A DNA stretch of 64,000 nucleotides, taken from NCBI GenBank assembly GCA_963717365.1, contig OY970327.1:587599-651598 (forward strand), given 5' to 3'. This document shows, one piece after another, positions 1 to 9,663 of the stretch. Under the pieces are notes generated by a model. It saw only the letters and a list, made by a program, of their open reading frames with translations. It searched no databases and was not told the origin of the DNA. The position numbers and the translations under genes are program-made. How positions within the stretch are numbered: the first letter of the stretch is position 1; each line of letters opens with the position of its first letter. Source of the stretch: Candidatus Saccharimonadia bacterium (GTDB taxonomy: Bacteria; Patescibacteriota; Saccharimonadia; Saccharimonadales; 2-12-FULL-41-12).

Positions 1-1031
1 GTAGGATAAAACTTTCCATCATCGGGTTCATATATTGCTCCGGCAACCCCAGTCTCGGCGATGCTCGCTATAATCTCGGTAAGGGCTTCATCTAACCACC
101 GCTTGCCTGCTATTTTTTCTTTTCCTGGATACATTGTACCAATATAGCCATGGGAAAACTCATGTAACTTAACTTTTATTTGTTCAGGACCAGGCAGGTG
201 AATGGCTTGTGATTCCAGAAATGCATAACCATAACTCAAGTCTGTAGCCAACCCAAAGAGATCTTCATAGACAATTTCTTCTTGCTTGGCTTCTTGCAAT
301 CTCGTTATGATCGCTGTTGGCAATAGACCCGCTTCAGCTGCTCTTATATAACTATCTCTGGACGACCGGAAAGCTTCTTCTAGGTGATCGACTCCGTCAT
401 ATCCCCCGTTCATACGATCAATATAATCGGTATGCCATTGTATTACATTCCTAACTTGTTCGTCTGATGCTCCCCCTTCTGCAGGTGTGCGCGACAACCA
501 CGAGGCCCAAGATAAATTATTTATCGGATTAAGGGATTTTAGAAACGGTGAAAATTCACTATTTGCATCAAGCAAGGCGTCTAGGTACTTTTGCTGATCT
601 GTGGAAAATAATGACAATTCCTTCCTTATTACCCCCACTGTCCTACTCGCTTTATAGTCGTAAATATCTGCCAGACCTTCATTTTCACGAGCAGCTATCT
701 CGGCCCTGTTTTGTAATCTTTCAGGACCCATTTGATGAATTTCTGAAAATTCAAGTTCGTTCAGTCTTAGTCTCTTCGTCTTCTCTTGCTCTGTTTCAGT
801 TTTATTCGACCATTTTTCTCGATTAAGATGAACGCTGGTCTGCCGTATTTCGGTATGTTGCAACAGTGCTGAGCGCTGCGTTGCTGGATTTAGTAGATGT
901 TCTGTCTCTGCTCTCAGATTAAGCGCCTTCATTTCCTCATCAACTAGTAAAGATCCAAAAACCAAATGAGCTTTTTCGGTTTGAATAGCAAGTTCTGGCT
1001 GATGACTGTGAAGTATTAGTTGTTCTGGCAT
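1..1031 (-). CDS. Hypothetical protein with HExxH (HEFSH) zinc-metallopeptidase-like motif; C-terminus lies beyond the window edge
   Basis: Manual minus-strand translation from ATG 1031 gives an open frame to position 1 (MPEQLILHSHQPELAIQTEK...KLHEFSHGYIGTMYPGKEK...). HEFSH is encoded at 150..164. It is absent from the ORF track because there is no stop inside the window. A strong sigma70-type promoter lies just upstream. Confidence 0.5.
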   Translation of the reverse strand, partial: MPEQLILHSHQPELAIQTEKAHLVFGSLLVDEEMKALNLRAETEHLLNPATQRSALLQHTEIRQTSVHLNREKWSNKTETEQEKTKRLRLNELEFSEIHQMGPERLQNRAEIAARENEGLADIYDYKASRTVGVIRKELSLFSTDQQKYLDALLDANSEFSPFLKSLNPINNLSWASWLSRTPAEGGASDEQVRNVIQWHTDYIDRMNGGYDGVDHLEEAFRSSRDSYIRAAEAGLLPTAIITRLQEAKQEEIVYEDLFGLATDLSYGYAFLESQAIHLPGPEQIKVKLHEFSHGYIGTMYPGKEKIAGKRWLDEALTEIIASIAETGVAGAIYEPDDGKFYP

Positions 1032-1059
1032 ATTTTTATTTTGGCTTTAACTACTATAG

Positions 1060-1088
1060 ATATTAGCACAAAATACTTAAAATGTCAA
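1060..1088 (-). promoter_or_regulatory. Sigma70-type promoter for the HExxH gene
   Basis: Minus strand reads TTGACA (1088->1083), a 17-nt spacer, then TAATAT (1065->1060), about 28 nt upstream of ATG 1031. Confidence 0.5.
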
Positions 1089-1121
1089 TAATCTGTTACA
1101 CCTCTAGTGACTATTGATACG

Positions 1122-1149
1122 AAAAATACCCGAATTTACTTCGGGTATT
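1122..1149 (-). terminator. Intrinsic terminator downstream of the CHAP-hydrolase gene
   Basis: 10-bp stem AATACCCGAA/TTCGGGTATT (1125-1134 / 1140-1149) with a 5-nt loop, followed on the minus strand by a U-run. A second perfect 11-bp hairpin lies at 1190-1215. Confidence 0.6.
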
Positions 1150-1229
1150 TTGAGACTTTTGCAGGGATAAGCAGCGAGCAAAGCGAGCGATGAGAAGGGA
1201 CCAGTCCCTTCTCATAACGGCATAAGCCG

Positions 1230-2354
1230 TTAGAAGTGTATGAACACCAGCCCAGCCGGACTCAGACCAGAGCGAGTCGAGTAACGCCCGTCTAGGCCGG
1301 CGTTGTATTGGCTGATATTAATAGTGCCGTTGCCATTAACCGATTCAACATACATAACATGGCCATAGTAACCGGAGTTACTGACGGCTACGTCTCCAGG
1401 ACGAGGACTACCGTCAACTGGGATACCAGCGTTCCGGGCATTTTCATCCCATTGATTGGCGTTACCAATACCTCCCCAATACGGCATGTGGCGTCCGGAC
1501 GCAGCAACTTTGAAGGCTGTATAGCTAACACATTCGCGGTTGTACATTCCCCAAGTATCAATGACTGAATCTTGAGGTATTTCACACCATCTGGCAGGAT
1601 AACCGCCACCACAGGCAGGACCGGTACCAGCCGGGCCACCGCTAAAGCGACTATTAGCAATAATTTGTAATCGTTTCAGCTCCGCAACTTTACCGTTATT
1701 AGCTTGGATTTGGCCCTCTATTTCATTTTGCTGGCCTTGATTAAGTGATAATAAACGACTATTTTCTGCTCGCTGGGCCGCTAACTGTCCTTGTAGACTT
1801 TTTTGCTCAGCCAGTAATTTCTCAACTGTTTCTTTTTGAGCGTTAAGGTCTAGTTTTAGCTTAGTGATTTTATCCAAGGTAGACTTAATTTTGGCGTTAA
1901 CACTTTCGCGGTACTGTTGTTTATCAAAGAAATCGCTTAAGTCCTTGCTAGTGGCCAACATTTCGACAGTAGTAATTTCCCCTTCGAGATACATAGCGCG
2001 AATAGTTTGTCCCAGCAAATCGCGCTGACGGGCCAATTCCGCTTCGGCAGCGGCAATTTGGGCTTTTAATTCAGTCATCTTGGCTTCGTTCTCTGTAATT
2101 CGATTTTGCAAAGCTGTGATCTCTGCCTGTAATTTAGAGATAGTTTCTGCCAAACTGGCCGCCTCAGCGCCTAGTTGACCCTGGACTTCTTTTTTCTGGC
2201 CGCTCTCGGCATTGAGTGCATTAATTTGCTCTTGAAACTGGTCGGCATATACAAATGGAGCGGATATGGCAGTAACTAAGAATAAGCCGCCAATAGCGAT
2301 AACAGCTAAAGAGCGACGAGTATTAGATTGAATTTTATTTTTTATTGAAACCAT
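1230..2354 (-). CDS. Secreted coiled-coil plus C-terminal CHAP-domain peptidoglycan hydrolase (PcsB-like)
   Basis: ORF 1230..2429. The likely start is the internal Met at 2354 (MVSIKNK..., followed by signal anchor LAVIAIGGLFLVTAISAPFVYA). About 200 aa is a Q/E/A/L-rich coiled-coil-like segment. CHAP-type Cys (NRECVSYTAFK) and His (GHVMYVESV) are present. The gene lies directly downstream of ftsE-ftsX. Confidence 0.7.
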   Translation of the reverse strand: MVSIKNKIQSNTRRSLAVIAIGGLFLVTAISAPFVYADQFQEQINALNAESGQKKEVQGQLGAEAASLAETISKLQAEITALQNRITENEAKMTELKAQIAAAEAELARQRDLLGQTIRAMYLEGEITTVEMLATSKDLSDFFDKQQYRESVNAKIKSTLDKITKLKLDLNAQKETVEKLLAEQKSLQGQLAAQRAENSRLLSLNQGQQNEIEGQIQANNGKVAELKRLQIIANSRFSGGPAGTGPACGGGYPARWCEIPQDSVIDTWGMYNRECVSYTAFKVAASGRHMPYWGGIGNANQWDENARNAGIPVDGSPRPGDVAVSNSGYYGHVMYVESVNGNGTINISQYNAGLDGRYSTRSGLSPAGLVFIHF

Positions 2355-2628
2355 TTTATTTTTTGAGTTGTTTTTATTTTGTATTAATTTATACCTTTTA
2401 ATTCTAGCAAACGTAAGCACAATACGCAACCCTTCCTACCCCGGTCTAATAGATTAGTTCATGTTATTTGAAATGTCTGTTGTTCGGTTCACGTTTGTGT
2501 ATAAGCGTTTGTTTGGGATATTTACCTATATCAGATCTCGCTTATGTAAGAATTCTAACACATGCCTATATTAAAATACAGTTTTGACACCAGCAATTAC
2601 AAGTGTTATTTGTATCATTTATGCGTGT

Positions 2629-3594
2629 CTAGCGGCGGCGCGAAGGTTTTACTTTAAGGTAGCGCGCAGTTGCAATCAGGGCCGAGATGGTACCGATAGC
2701 TATACCGGCCAGCAATTGCATTCCTAAAAAGAGCAAGAAGTTATCGCTAAAGTATTGATTGGCAAACTTAATATCGAGTAAGCCTAGGCTACTGGCGTCA
2801 AAAGCTTGCTCCTGGACCACGAACAACGCATTACACACACTCAACGAGATAACTGCCGAGACAATGCCGTATAACATAGTTTCAACAATAAATGGCCCTT
2901 TGATATACCAGTTACTGGCGCCCAGAAGTCGCATAATAGTAAGTTCGTCGCGTCGGTTAAAAATAGCCATTTGAATCGTATTAAAGATGATCAACATGGA
3001 AATGATGGCAAAAACGATAATACTAATAATCACAGCTTGGGTGAAGAAAGTTGTGGCGTTGGTAATTTTATCGATAGCTTCTTTACGGTCGCCGGAGTAT
3101 GAAGTTTCGTTAGATTGCAGCGCTTTAACGTCTGGGGTTTCTAGCACGTTACGAATTTCATCAATGCGGACAGGATCTTTTGGTTTAATCTGTATAGTGG
3201 CAGGCAGCGGATTGTCAGTTTGAGAAATGGCCAGTAACAGTTCTAGGTTATCTTGGTTGTCACGTTGGTAATTTTCGAGCGCCTGGTCTTTTGAAACATA
3301 CGTCACCTCTTTAACATTGTCTAGTTCTTTTATCTGCTTAACTAGATTACTGCTCTGTTCTTCGCTGACGTCGTCTTTTAAGTAGACTGATATATCGATC
3401 CGATCGGTGATCTGGGTTATAGTGTTACTAAAAGTAGCATTAGCAATTACCGAAAATAATACGATGGTAAGTGTTACTACCATCACTGCCGTGGCTGCTA
3501 CGCTGAGGGAAATATTACGTATAAAGTTAATGGCACCGGTTTTAATAATTCGCTCAAGCGTAATCAACTTACGTTTTAAAGGCTCTCTCTGCAT
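2629..3594 (-). CDS. ftsX: Cell-division ABC transporter permease FtsX
   Basis: 321 aa with an N-terminal TM, a large extracytoplasmic loop and three C-terminal TMs typical of FtsX. It starts 20 nt after the ftsE stop. Confidence 0.85.
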   Translation of the reverse strand: MQREPLKRKLITLERIIKTGAINFIRNISLSVAATAVMVVTLTIVLFSVIANATFSNTITQITDRIDISVYLKDDVSEEQSSNLVKQIKELDNVKEVTYVSKDQALENYQRDNQDNLELLLAISQTDNPLPATIQIKPKDPVRIDEIRNVLETPDVKALQSNETSYSGDRKEAIDKITNATTFFTQAVIISIIVFAIISMLIIFNTIQMAIFNRRDELTIMRLLGASNWYIKGPFIVETMLYGIVSAVISLSVCNALFVVQEQAFDASSLGLLDIKFANQYFSDNFLLFLGMQLLAGIAIGTISALIATARYLKVKPSRRR

Positions 3595-3613
3595 TCTTAT
3601 TGGTCCTTCATCC

Positions 3614-4297
3614 CTACTGCTCGTACCCTGAGTTAGCTTTATCGCTAATAATCTGGCCGTCTTTAATAGTTACCACACGCCGTTTCAATTTATTAACAAT
3701 TTCTTGGTTGTGCGTGGTAAGCAGGACGGTGGTGCCGTACTTATTGATTTTTTCGAGTACTTTAATTACATCCCAGGCATGCTTGGGATCTAAGTTGCCC
3801 GTGGGCTCATCGGCGATCAAGATTTTGGGTTGACGGATAACGGCACGGGCAATCGCAACACGCTGGCGCTCGCCACCAGATAATTCGCGTGGATAGCTTT
3901 TTTCTTTTCCTTTTAGGCCAACAATATTGAGCACCTTTGGTACAGTGTGCCTAATTTCCCGGTTACTCATACCTATAATTTCCAGGGCGAAGGCAACGTT
4001 CTCAAAAACGGTTTTATTCGGTAATAATTTAAAGTCCTGGAAAACTACGCCAATCCTACGGCGCAAGCGCGGCACGTCTTTGTCTTTAAGCCGTTCATAG
4101 TCAATACCGCCAATGATAATTTTGCCGCTGGTGGGCTTCTCTTCTCTGGTAAGCAACTTGAGTAAGGTTGATTTACCAGCACCACTCGGTCCTACCACTA
4201 TGACGAATTCTTTCGGTTCAATATGCAGGCTAATACGCTGCAGCGCCGCGTCTGAACGGCGCGCGTACGACTTTGATACCCTATCAAGCAAGATCAT
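3614..4297 (-). CDS. ftsE: Cell-division ATP-binding protein FtsE
   Basis: Walker A GPSGAGKST, ABC signature LSGGERQR and Walker B ILIADEPT. Adjacent to ftsX. Confidence 0.9.
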   Translation of the reverse strand: MILLDRVSKSYARRSDAALQRISLHIEPKEFVIVVGPSGAGKSTLLKLLTREEKPTSGKIIIGGIDYERLKDKDVPRLRRRIGVVFQDFKLLPNKTVFENVAFALEIIGMSNREIRHTVPKVLNIVGLKGKEKSYPRELSGGERQRVAIARAVIRQPKILIADEPTGNLDPKHAWDVIKVLEKINKYGTTVLLTTHNQEIVNKLKRRVVTIKDGQIISDKANSGYEQ

Positions 4298-4387
4298 TAT
4301 AGCTATTATAGCAAAGACAGGCTGGCTACCCTAAGTCTCACTATGCGGCTGTATCGCATTAAGCAAACTTATTGCAAAAGAAGACTG

Positions 4388-5467
4388 TTAAGCTGGTGTA
4401 CTGTCGAGATAAGCGTCAATAAATTCGTCTAGTTCACCATCTAGTACCGCTTGAGCTTGAGAAGTTTCATGTCTGGTACGCAGATCTTTTACCATGGTGT
4501 AAGGGTGAAGAACATAACTACGAATCTGATTACCCCAAGCAGCTTGCTCATTAGGGCCTTTTAATTCTGATATGCGATCAGCGTGCTGCTCGAGCTGAAG
4601 CTGGGCTAACTTTGAGCGAAGGATAGTAAGGGCTGTTTCGCGGTTCTGTAGCTGTGAACGCTCATTTTGGATACTGACCACAATCCCGGTTGGCAAGTGC
4701 GTTACACGGACCGCTGAATCAGTGGTATTAACGCTTTGGCCGCCGTGACCGCCAGCCCGGAAAACATCTATTTTAAGTTCTTTTTCATCAATTGGTACTG
4801 TTTCAGGCTCATTAATCTCTGGTAATACTTCTATCTTCGCAAAGCTGGTCTGCCTGAGATTATTGGCGTTAAAAGGACTTAGGCGAACTAGCCGGTGAAC
4901 ACCATGCTCTCCTTTTAGTTTGCCAAATAAATAATTACCCGACATTTGTAAACTGACACTTTTAATGCCTGCTTCTTCACCGGCTGACTCATCCAGCGTA
5001 GTGACGTTGACACCATTTGTTTCAGCCCATCGCATATACATGCGTAGCAGCATCTGGGCCCAATCCTGAGCATCAGTTCCTCCTGCTCCAGCATGGATAT
5101 TCAAAACTACGTTATGATCATCATATAGCCCATTAAAACGCATTTGTTTTTTGAGATCATCGTACGTTTTATGGAGTTGTTGGGCTTGGCTATCAATTTC
5201 TGCCTGCATAGCAGGATCATCCATGGCCGCCAGTTCAAGTAAGTCGCATACGTTTTTTTGGAGCTTCAGCCACGGCTCAGTTTGTTCAGCCAGGCTGTTG
5301 ATACGCTGCATGATCTTGGAAGCCGTTTGGTTATTGGCCCAAAAACTGACTGTTTGCGACTGTTCTTGCAGCTCTTGCAGTTCTTTGGCACGTTCATTAA
5401 TAGACAGTCGCTCGATAGCTTGATCAATTTCTTTTTTTAAAACCGTACTTTTTTGGGGAATACTCAT
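4388..5467 (-). CDS. prfB: Peptide chain release factor 2
   Basis: 359 aa with the SPF tripeptide (RLSPFNANN) and GGQ ([10 protein letters not shown]). It is a single uninterrupted frame with no internal UGA or +1 frameshift site. Confidence 0.9.
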   Translation of the reverse strand: MSIPQKSTVLKKEIDQAIERLSINERAKELQELQEQSQTVSFWANNQTASKIMQRINSLAEQTEPWLKLQKNVCDLLELAAMDDPAMQAEIDSQAQQLHKTYDDLKKQMRFNGLYDDHNVVLNIHAGAGGTDAQDWAQMLLRMYMRWAETNGVNVTTLDESAGEEAGIKSVSLQMSGNYLFGKLKGEHGVHRLVRLSPFNANNLRQTSFAKIEVLPEINEPETVPIDEKELKIDVFRAGGHGGQSVNTTDSAVRVTHLPTGIVVSIQNERSQLQNRETALTILRSKLAQLQLEQHADRISELKGPNEQAAWGNQIRSYVLHPYTMVKDLRTRHETSQAQAVLDGELDEFIDAYLDSTPA

Positions 5468-5607
5468 GATCTTTACACTACTTTAGGGGATTAATCTTAC
5501 GGACGCATATCCTTTGGAAGTACTATATCAGTACTTCATTAAGTTTTAATGATGGAGAGGTATAGTGCTCAAAGTAAGTCTGCCTTGCTTCAAGATCTAT
5601 ATATTAG

Positions 5608-6894
5608 TCAGTCCCAGAGGTGATTGAGTTGGGTGGTCAAACGTTCAAGTTCTAAAGGATCCGGATTGCCAAGTACGCCAAGACCCCAGACGCCTTCTTC
5701 GAATAAGTCTTTAGCGCCATCCACAATCTGGCGTTTGGTGATAGCATTAATGCGAGCTGGAATAGCATAATAATCTTCTATGAAATCATCAAAAAAGTAA
5801 CGGCCGGCATAGCTCCCGCCGATACCAGCGACTGTTTGGGCGCCGCGTTGGTAGCGACCCAGCCGATATTGCTTGGCAGCGTCGATTTCTTCGCGGGTTA
5901 GGTTGCCATTAAAAATACCTCGTAGCTCGGTGACCATAATGTTGAACAATGCTTCTGCATTGTCGGGCCGGACCTGGGCGCCAAACCACCAGTTAGTACT
6001 ATGTAGCTCGGAATTGATACCGGAGCTCATACTGTATACCAAGCCTCGTTCGCGGGCCGAGCCAAGAATACGCGAATATAACGTTTCGGTCAGCATACTA
6101 TTGAGTAAGCTCATGGCTGCCAATTCGTGGTCTTCCATACGGCGCTTTAAGAATGTATCAAAATAAAAATAATAATTATCAACAGTGGTATTTTTGATAC
6201 TAAGCGGTTTTGCCAGATCGGTTGGTACCTCTTTCGGCAAAGCTCGACGGCCTCTTCCCTTAGCAAGCGTGGTATTACCAAACAGCTCCTTTATATGCTT
6301 CAGGCGACTGGGAGTAACATTGCCGGCAATAACAAAACGCATATTAGAAGTAACATGGGTAGACCGGTAATGTTCACGGATGTCATCAAGAGTAACGTTT
6401 TTCATAAGTTTGAGACGTTCTTGATCGGTAACCGCATAAAAACCAAAGGCTTCGCGCAGGGCCAGGCTTAGGTGACGAAAATGATTGTTGGACCGAGCTG
6501 TCAGTTCTTCACGGACATTGCCAAATTCGGCTTTAAACTCATCTTCCAAAAATAGTGGCTGGGTAATGGCTATCATGAGCCAGTCGGCGATGCGCTGCCA
6601 CTCAAAGTCTGCGCATTCTGACTCGTAAATAATGTCATAAGTACCGGTACTGGCGTTGCAATAAGCGCCATTTTTTTCAAACTCGGCTTGAAAGGCGCGG
6701 GCTTTGGGGATGTGCTTGTTAGCACCGAGCAGCATATGTTCCATAATGTGCGGGGTTTCCCACTTATCACGCTCTACCAAATATTCGCCGGCGCGGAAAT
6801 TGATTTGAAATGACATAACGGTTGCTTCGGGTACGTTGACTACCAGTCCACGGGCACCGTTATCCAGTACTAATTCAGAGGTAGTATGTTTCAT
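5608..6894 (-). CDS. M16 (pitrilysin/insulinase) family zinc peptidase
   Basis: 428 aa with the inverted zinc motif HxxEH (HIMEH) near the N-terminus. Two-domain M16-like length. Confidence 0.75.
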   Translation of the reverse strand: MKHTTSELVLDNGARGLVVNVPEATVMSFQINFRAGEYLVERDKWETPHIMEHMLLGANKHIPKARAFQAEFEKNGAYCNASTGTYDIIYESECADFEWQRIADWLMIAITQPLFLEDEFKAEFGNVREELTARSNNHFRHLSLALREAFGFYAVTDQERLKLMKNVTLDDIREHYRSTHVTSNMRFVIAGNVTPSRLKHIKELFGNTTLAKGRGRRALPKEVPTDLAKPLSIKNTTVDNYYFYFDTFLKRRMEDHELAAMSLLNSMLTETLYSRILGSARERGLVYSMSSGINSELHSTNWWFGAQVRPDNAEALFNIMVTELRGIFNGNLTREEIDAAKQYRLGRYQRGAQTVAGIGGSYAGRYFFDDFIEDYYAIPARINAITKRQIVDGAKDLFEEGVWGLGVLGNPDPLELERLTTQLNHLWD

Positions 6895-6913
6895 AGACTA
6901 GCGCGAACCGTTT

Positions 6914-9544
6914 TTATTTCCGCTTCTTTTTGCCGGGTTTAGCCTTTTTCTTGTTTTGACGCTGGGCTTTACGGGCTTTTTTACGTTTTTCAGTGGCTTT
7001 TTTAGCTTCCGCTTTTTCCACTACTTCTGTCTTAACTTTAAAGTCTTCTTCGTTAAAATCAGCCGAATCAATAATTTTATCGGCATTATCAACCGATGAC
7101 CTGGCGGCACGGGTTAATTCAGTTTCAATTGCCTGGTTAAGCTGTGACTCGTCAATTGGGCGGGCGTGGAACAATGACTTCACAACATCATGACGAAGAG
7201 CGCGCTGCATTTGTTCAAAAATGCGCTGCGACTGGCGGCGGTATTCAACCAATGGATCGCGCTGGCCAACACCTACCCAACGGATACCTTCACGCAAGTG
7301 GTCCATAGTTTCCAGGTGCTGCATCCAGTAGTTATCCAAGGTTTGTAGGTAGATATCACGCTCAATTTTACGCAGAATCTCAGAGCCAAACCGCTTTTCC
7401 TGTTCGGTGTAGAGTTTTTCAGCAGCTTTAGTAAGTTCTTTTTCAAAACTATGGGCTGGCGAATCAAATAATCTATCTAGTGTTTTTTCGTCAAAGGGAA
7501 AGACATGCGTAAGCATATGTTCATATCTGTCAGACGTAGCATGCGGCGAATTAGCCAGATCTTTGGCTTCAGAACGAATAAATTCTCCGACTCGTTTGCT
7601 AATATCGGCCTGACGCAGAATCTCGTTGCGCATACTGTAGGTAGCTTTACGATGGCGGTTCATGACATCGTCATATTTAACTACATCTTTACGGGCATCA
7701 TAGTTAAAGCCTTCGACTTTCTTTTGGGAACCTTCCAGGCTTTTGCTAATAAAGCGGTTTTCGATTGGAGTCTCATCGTCAACTTTAAGTCGGTCCATTA
7801 CTTTGATGATGCGTTCACCACCGAATATACGCATCAGGTCGTCTTCACAGCTTACAAAGAACTGAGTAGTACCCGGGTCGCCCTGACGGCCGGACCGTCC
7901 CCTCAGTTGATTGTCGATACGGCGTGACTCGTGGCGCTCGCTGCCTAGCACAAACAGACCGCCGGCCTTTTTAGCATCTTTGTCTAGCACAATATCGGTA
8001 CCGCGGCCGGCAATGTTTGTGGCTAGCGTAATGGCGCCTTTTTGGCCAGCTTTAGCAATAATAGCTGCTTCTTTTTCGTTGTTTTTAGCATTCAAGATTT
8101 GATGTTTTATGCCGGCTTTTTTAAGAAGTGCGCTTAGTCGTTCATTTTTTCCGATTGAAGCACTACCAATCAGTATCGGCTGGCCTTTTTTATTTAGTTT
8201 CTTAACTTCTTTAATAATAGAGTTGAATTTGCCGGCTTCGGTTTTGTATATACGGTCTGGGCGGTCATGGCGCGCTAGCTTGCGATTTGGTGGAATCTCG
8301 ATGACATCAAGCTTATAAACCTGGTGGAACTCCTCGGCTTCAGTTGTTGCCGTTCCGGTCATACCCGACAATTTGTTATATAAACGAAAATAATTCTGGA
8401 AACTAATGGTAGCTAAGGTCATCGACTCATCCTGGATTTCAACGGCTTCCTGCGCTTCTATTGCCTGGTGCAATCCTTCGTTGTAGCGGCGGCCTTTAAG
8501 CAAACGTCCGGTGAATTCATCAACAATGACTACTTCCCCGTCTTTAGTAACAACGTAATCTTTGTCGCGCTTAAATAAAGCTCGTGCCTTCAAGGCTTGC
8601 TCCAGATGATAGAGCGTTCGAATGTTATCTGAAGCATACAGATTAGTAATTCCCAAAATTTTCTCAATCTGATCAATACCCTCATCGGTCAAAGTAGCGG
8701 CTTTGCGTTTTTCATCGACTTCGTAATGCTCATCTTTTTTAAGTTGACGGACAACCTTAGCAAACTGCAGGTAGGCGGTACCGCTGGCTGTTGATGGAGC
8801 AGAAATAATTAGCGGGGTGCGAGCTTCATCTACTAAAATCGAATCAACCTCGTCAACAATAGCAAAGTTAAGTTCGCGCTGACGCAGCTGCTCAACTTCG
8901 CGAACCATATTGTCACGCAGATAATCAAAGCCGTATTCATTATTAGTGCCATAGGTAATATCGGCGTTATAGGCTTCTTGCCGGGTGCTGGGGCGAAGCC
9001 GCTTCATACGCGGATCTTCGTGGTCATCATTTTTATAATTAGGGTCATATAAGAATGACTTTTCTGCGATTACCACACCAGTGCTCAGCCCAAGGAAGTA
9101 ATAGATTTCACCCATCCAACTGGCATCACGTTGGGCGAGATAATCGTTTACCGTGACCACGTGGACACCTTTTTCTTCTAAGGCATTTAAGTAGACCGGT
9201 AGTGTTGCTACCTGGGTTTTACCCTCACCTGTTTTCATTTCGGCTATAGAGCCGTCGTGAAGCGCCATGCCACCAATTAACTGGACATCATAGTGGCGTT
9301 GTTTTAAGGTACGAGCTGCAGTTTCTCGTACAATTGCAAAAGCATCTGGCAACAACTTATTAAGCGACTCTTTTTTGAGTCGTTTTTTTAGTTCCTCGGT
9401 TTGCTTCTTTAATTGCGCATCAGACATTTTCTTATATTTGTCTTCTAGCTTATTAATAGCACCGACACGCCTGGTTAATTTCTTAAGCATGCGTGCCTGA
9501 GGATCCCCAAGGACACGTTTTACTATCTTTTTATTCACCTTCAT
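6914..9544 (-). CDS. secA: Preprotein translocase ATPase SecA
   Basis: 876 aa with Walker A MKTGEGKT and the DEVDS box, alignable by eye to SecA throughout. The C-terminal tail is Lys-rich and has no Zn-finger cysteines. Confidence 0.95.
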   Translation of the reverse strand: MKVNKKIVKRVLGDPQARMLKKLTRRVGAINKLEDKYKKMSDAQLKKQTEELKKRLKKESLNKLLPDAFAIVRETAARTLKQRHYDVQLIGGMALHDGSIAEMKTGEGKTQVATLPVYLNALEEKGVHVVTVNDYLAQRDASWMGEIYYFLGLSTGVVIAEKSFLYDPNYKNDDHEDPRMKRLRPSTRQEAYNADITYGTNNEYGFDYLRDNMVREVEQLRQRELNFAIVDEVDSILVDEARTPLIISAPSTASGTAYLQFAKVVRQLKKDEHYEVDEKRKAATLTDEGIDQIEKILGITNLYASDNIRTLYHLEQALKARALFKRDKDYVVTKDGEVVIVDEFTGRLLKGRRYNEGLHQAIEAQEAVEIQDESMTLATISFQNYFRLYNKLSGMTGTATTEAEEFHQVYKLDVIEIPPNRKLARHDRPDRIYKTEAGKFNSIIKEVKKLNKKGQPILIGSASIGKNERLSALLKKAGIKHQILNAKNNEKEAAIIAKAGQKGAITLATNIAGRGTDIVLDKDAKKAGGLFVLGSERHESRRIDNQLRGRSGRQGDPGTTQFFVSCEDDLMRIFGGERIIKVMDRLKVDDETPIENRFISKSLEGSQKKVEGFNYDARKDVVKYDDVMNRHRKATYSMRNEILRQADISKRVGEFIRSEAKDLANSPHATSDRYEHMLTHVFPFDEKTLDRLFDSPAHSFEKELTKAAEKLYTEQEKRFGSEILRKIERDIYLQTLDNYWMQHLETMDHLREGIRWVGVGQRDPLVEYRRQSQRIFEQMQRALRHDVVKSLFHARPIDESQLNQAIETELTRAARSSVDNADKIIDSADFNEEDFKVKTEVVEKAEAKKATEKRKKARKAQRQNKKKAKPGKKKRK

Positions 9545-9583
9545 ATAGAATCTGGATTTCCCTTACTCATCAAACTAGTACCC

Positions 9584-9612
9584 ATTGTACGCTATAGCGA
9601 CATATTTTGTAA
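9584..9612 (-). promoter_or_regulatory. Candidate secA promoter with a palindrome in the spacer
   Basis: Minus strand reads TTACAA (9612->9607), a 17-nt spacer, then TACAAT (9589->9584). The spacer contains the 10-bp palindrome CGCTATAGCG (9590-9599). Confidence 0.35.
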
Positions 9613-9663
9613 GGAGTCGGCACGAGTAAAATTTACGATGAAAATATACTATAAGTCTCAGTC

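Noticed and set aside
548-826. 92-aa plus-strand ORF at the window start.
   Set aside because: It lies antisense inside the longer open minus-strand frame (1..1031), which has a strong promoter and an HExxH motif.
4388-5467. Programmed +1 frameshift in prfB.
   Set aside because: RF2 is encoded as one uninterrupted 359-aa frame from its ATG. There is no in-frame UGA or CUU UGA C site near codon 25. Both RF1 and RF2 are present, so there is no stop-codon reassignment.
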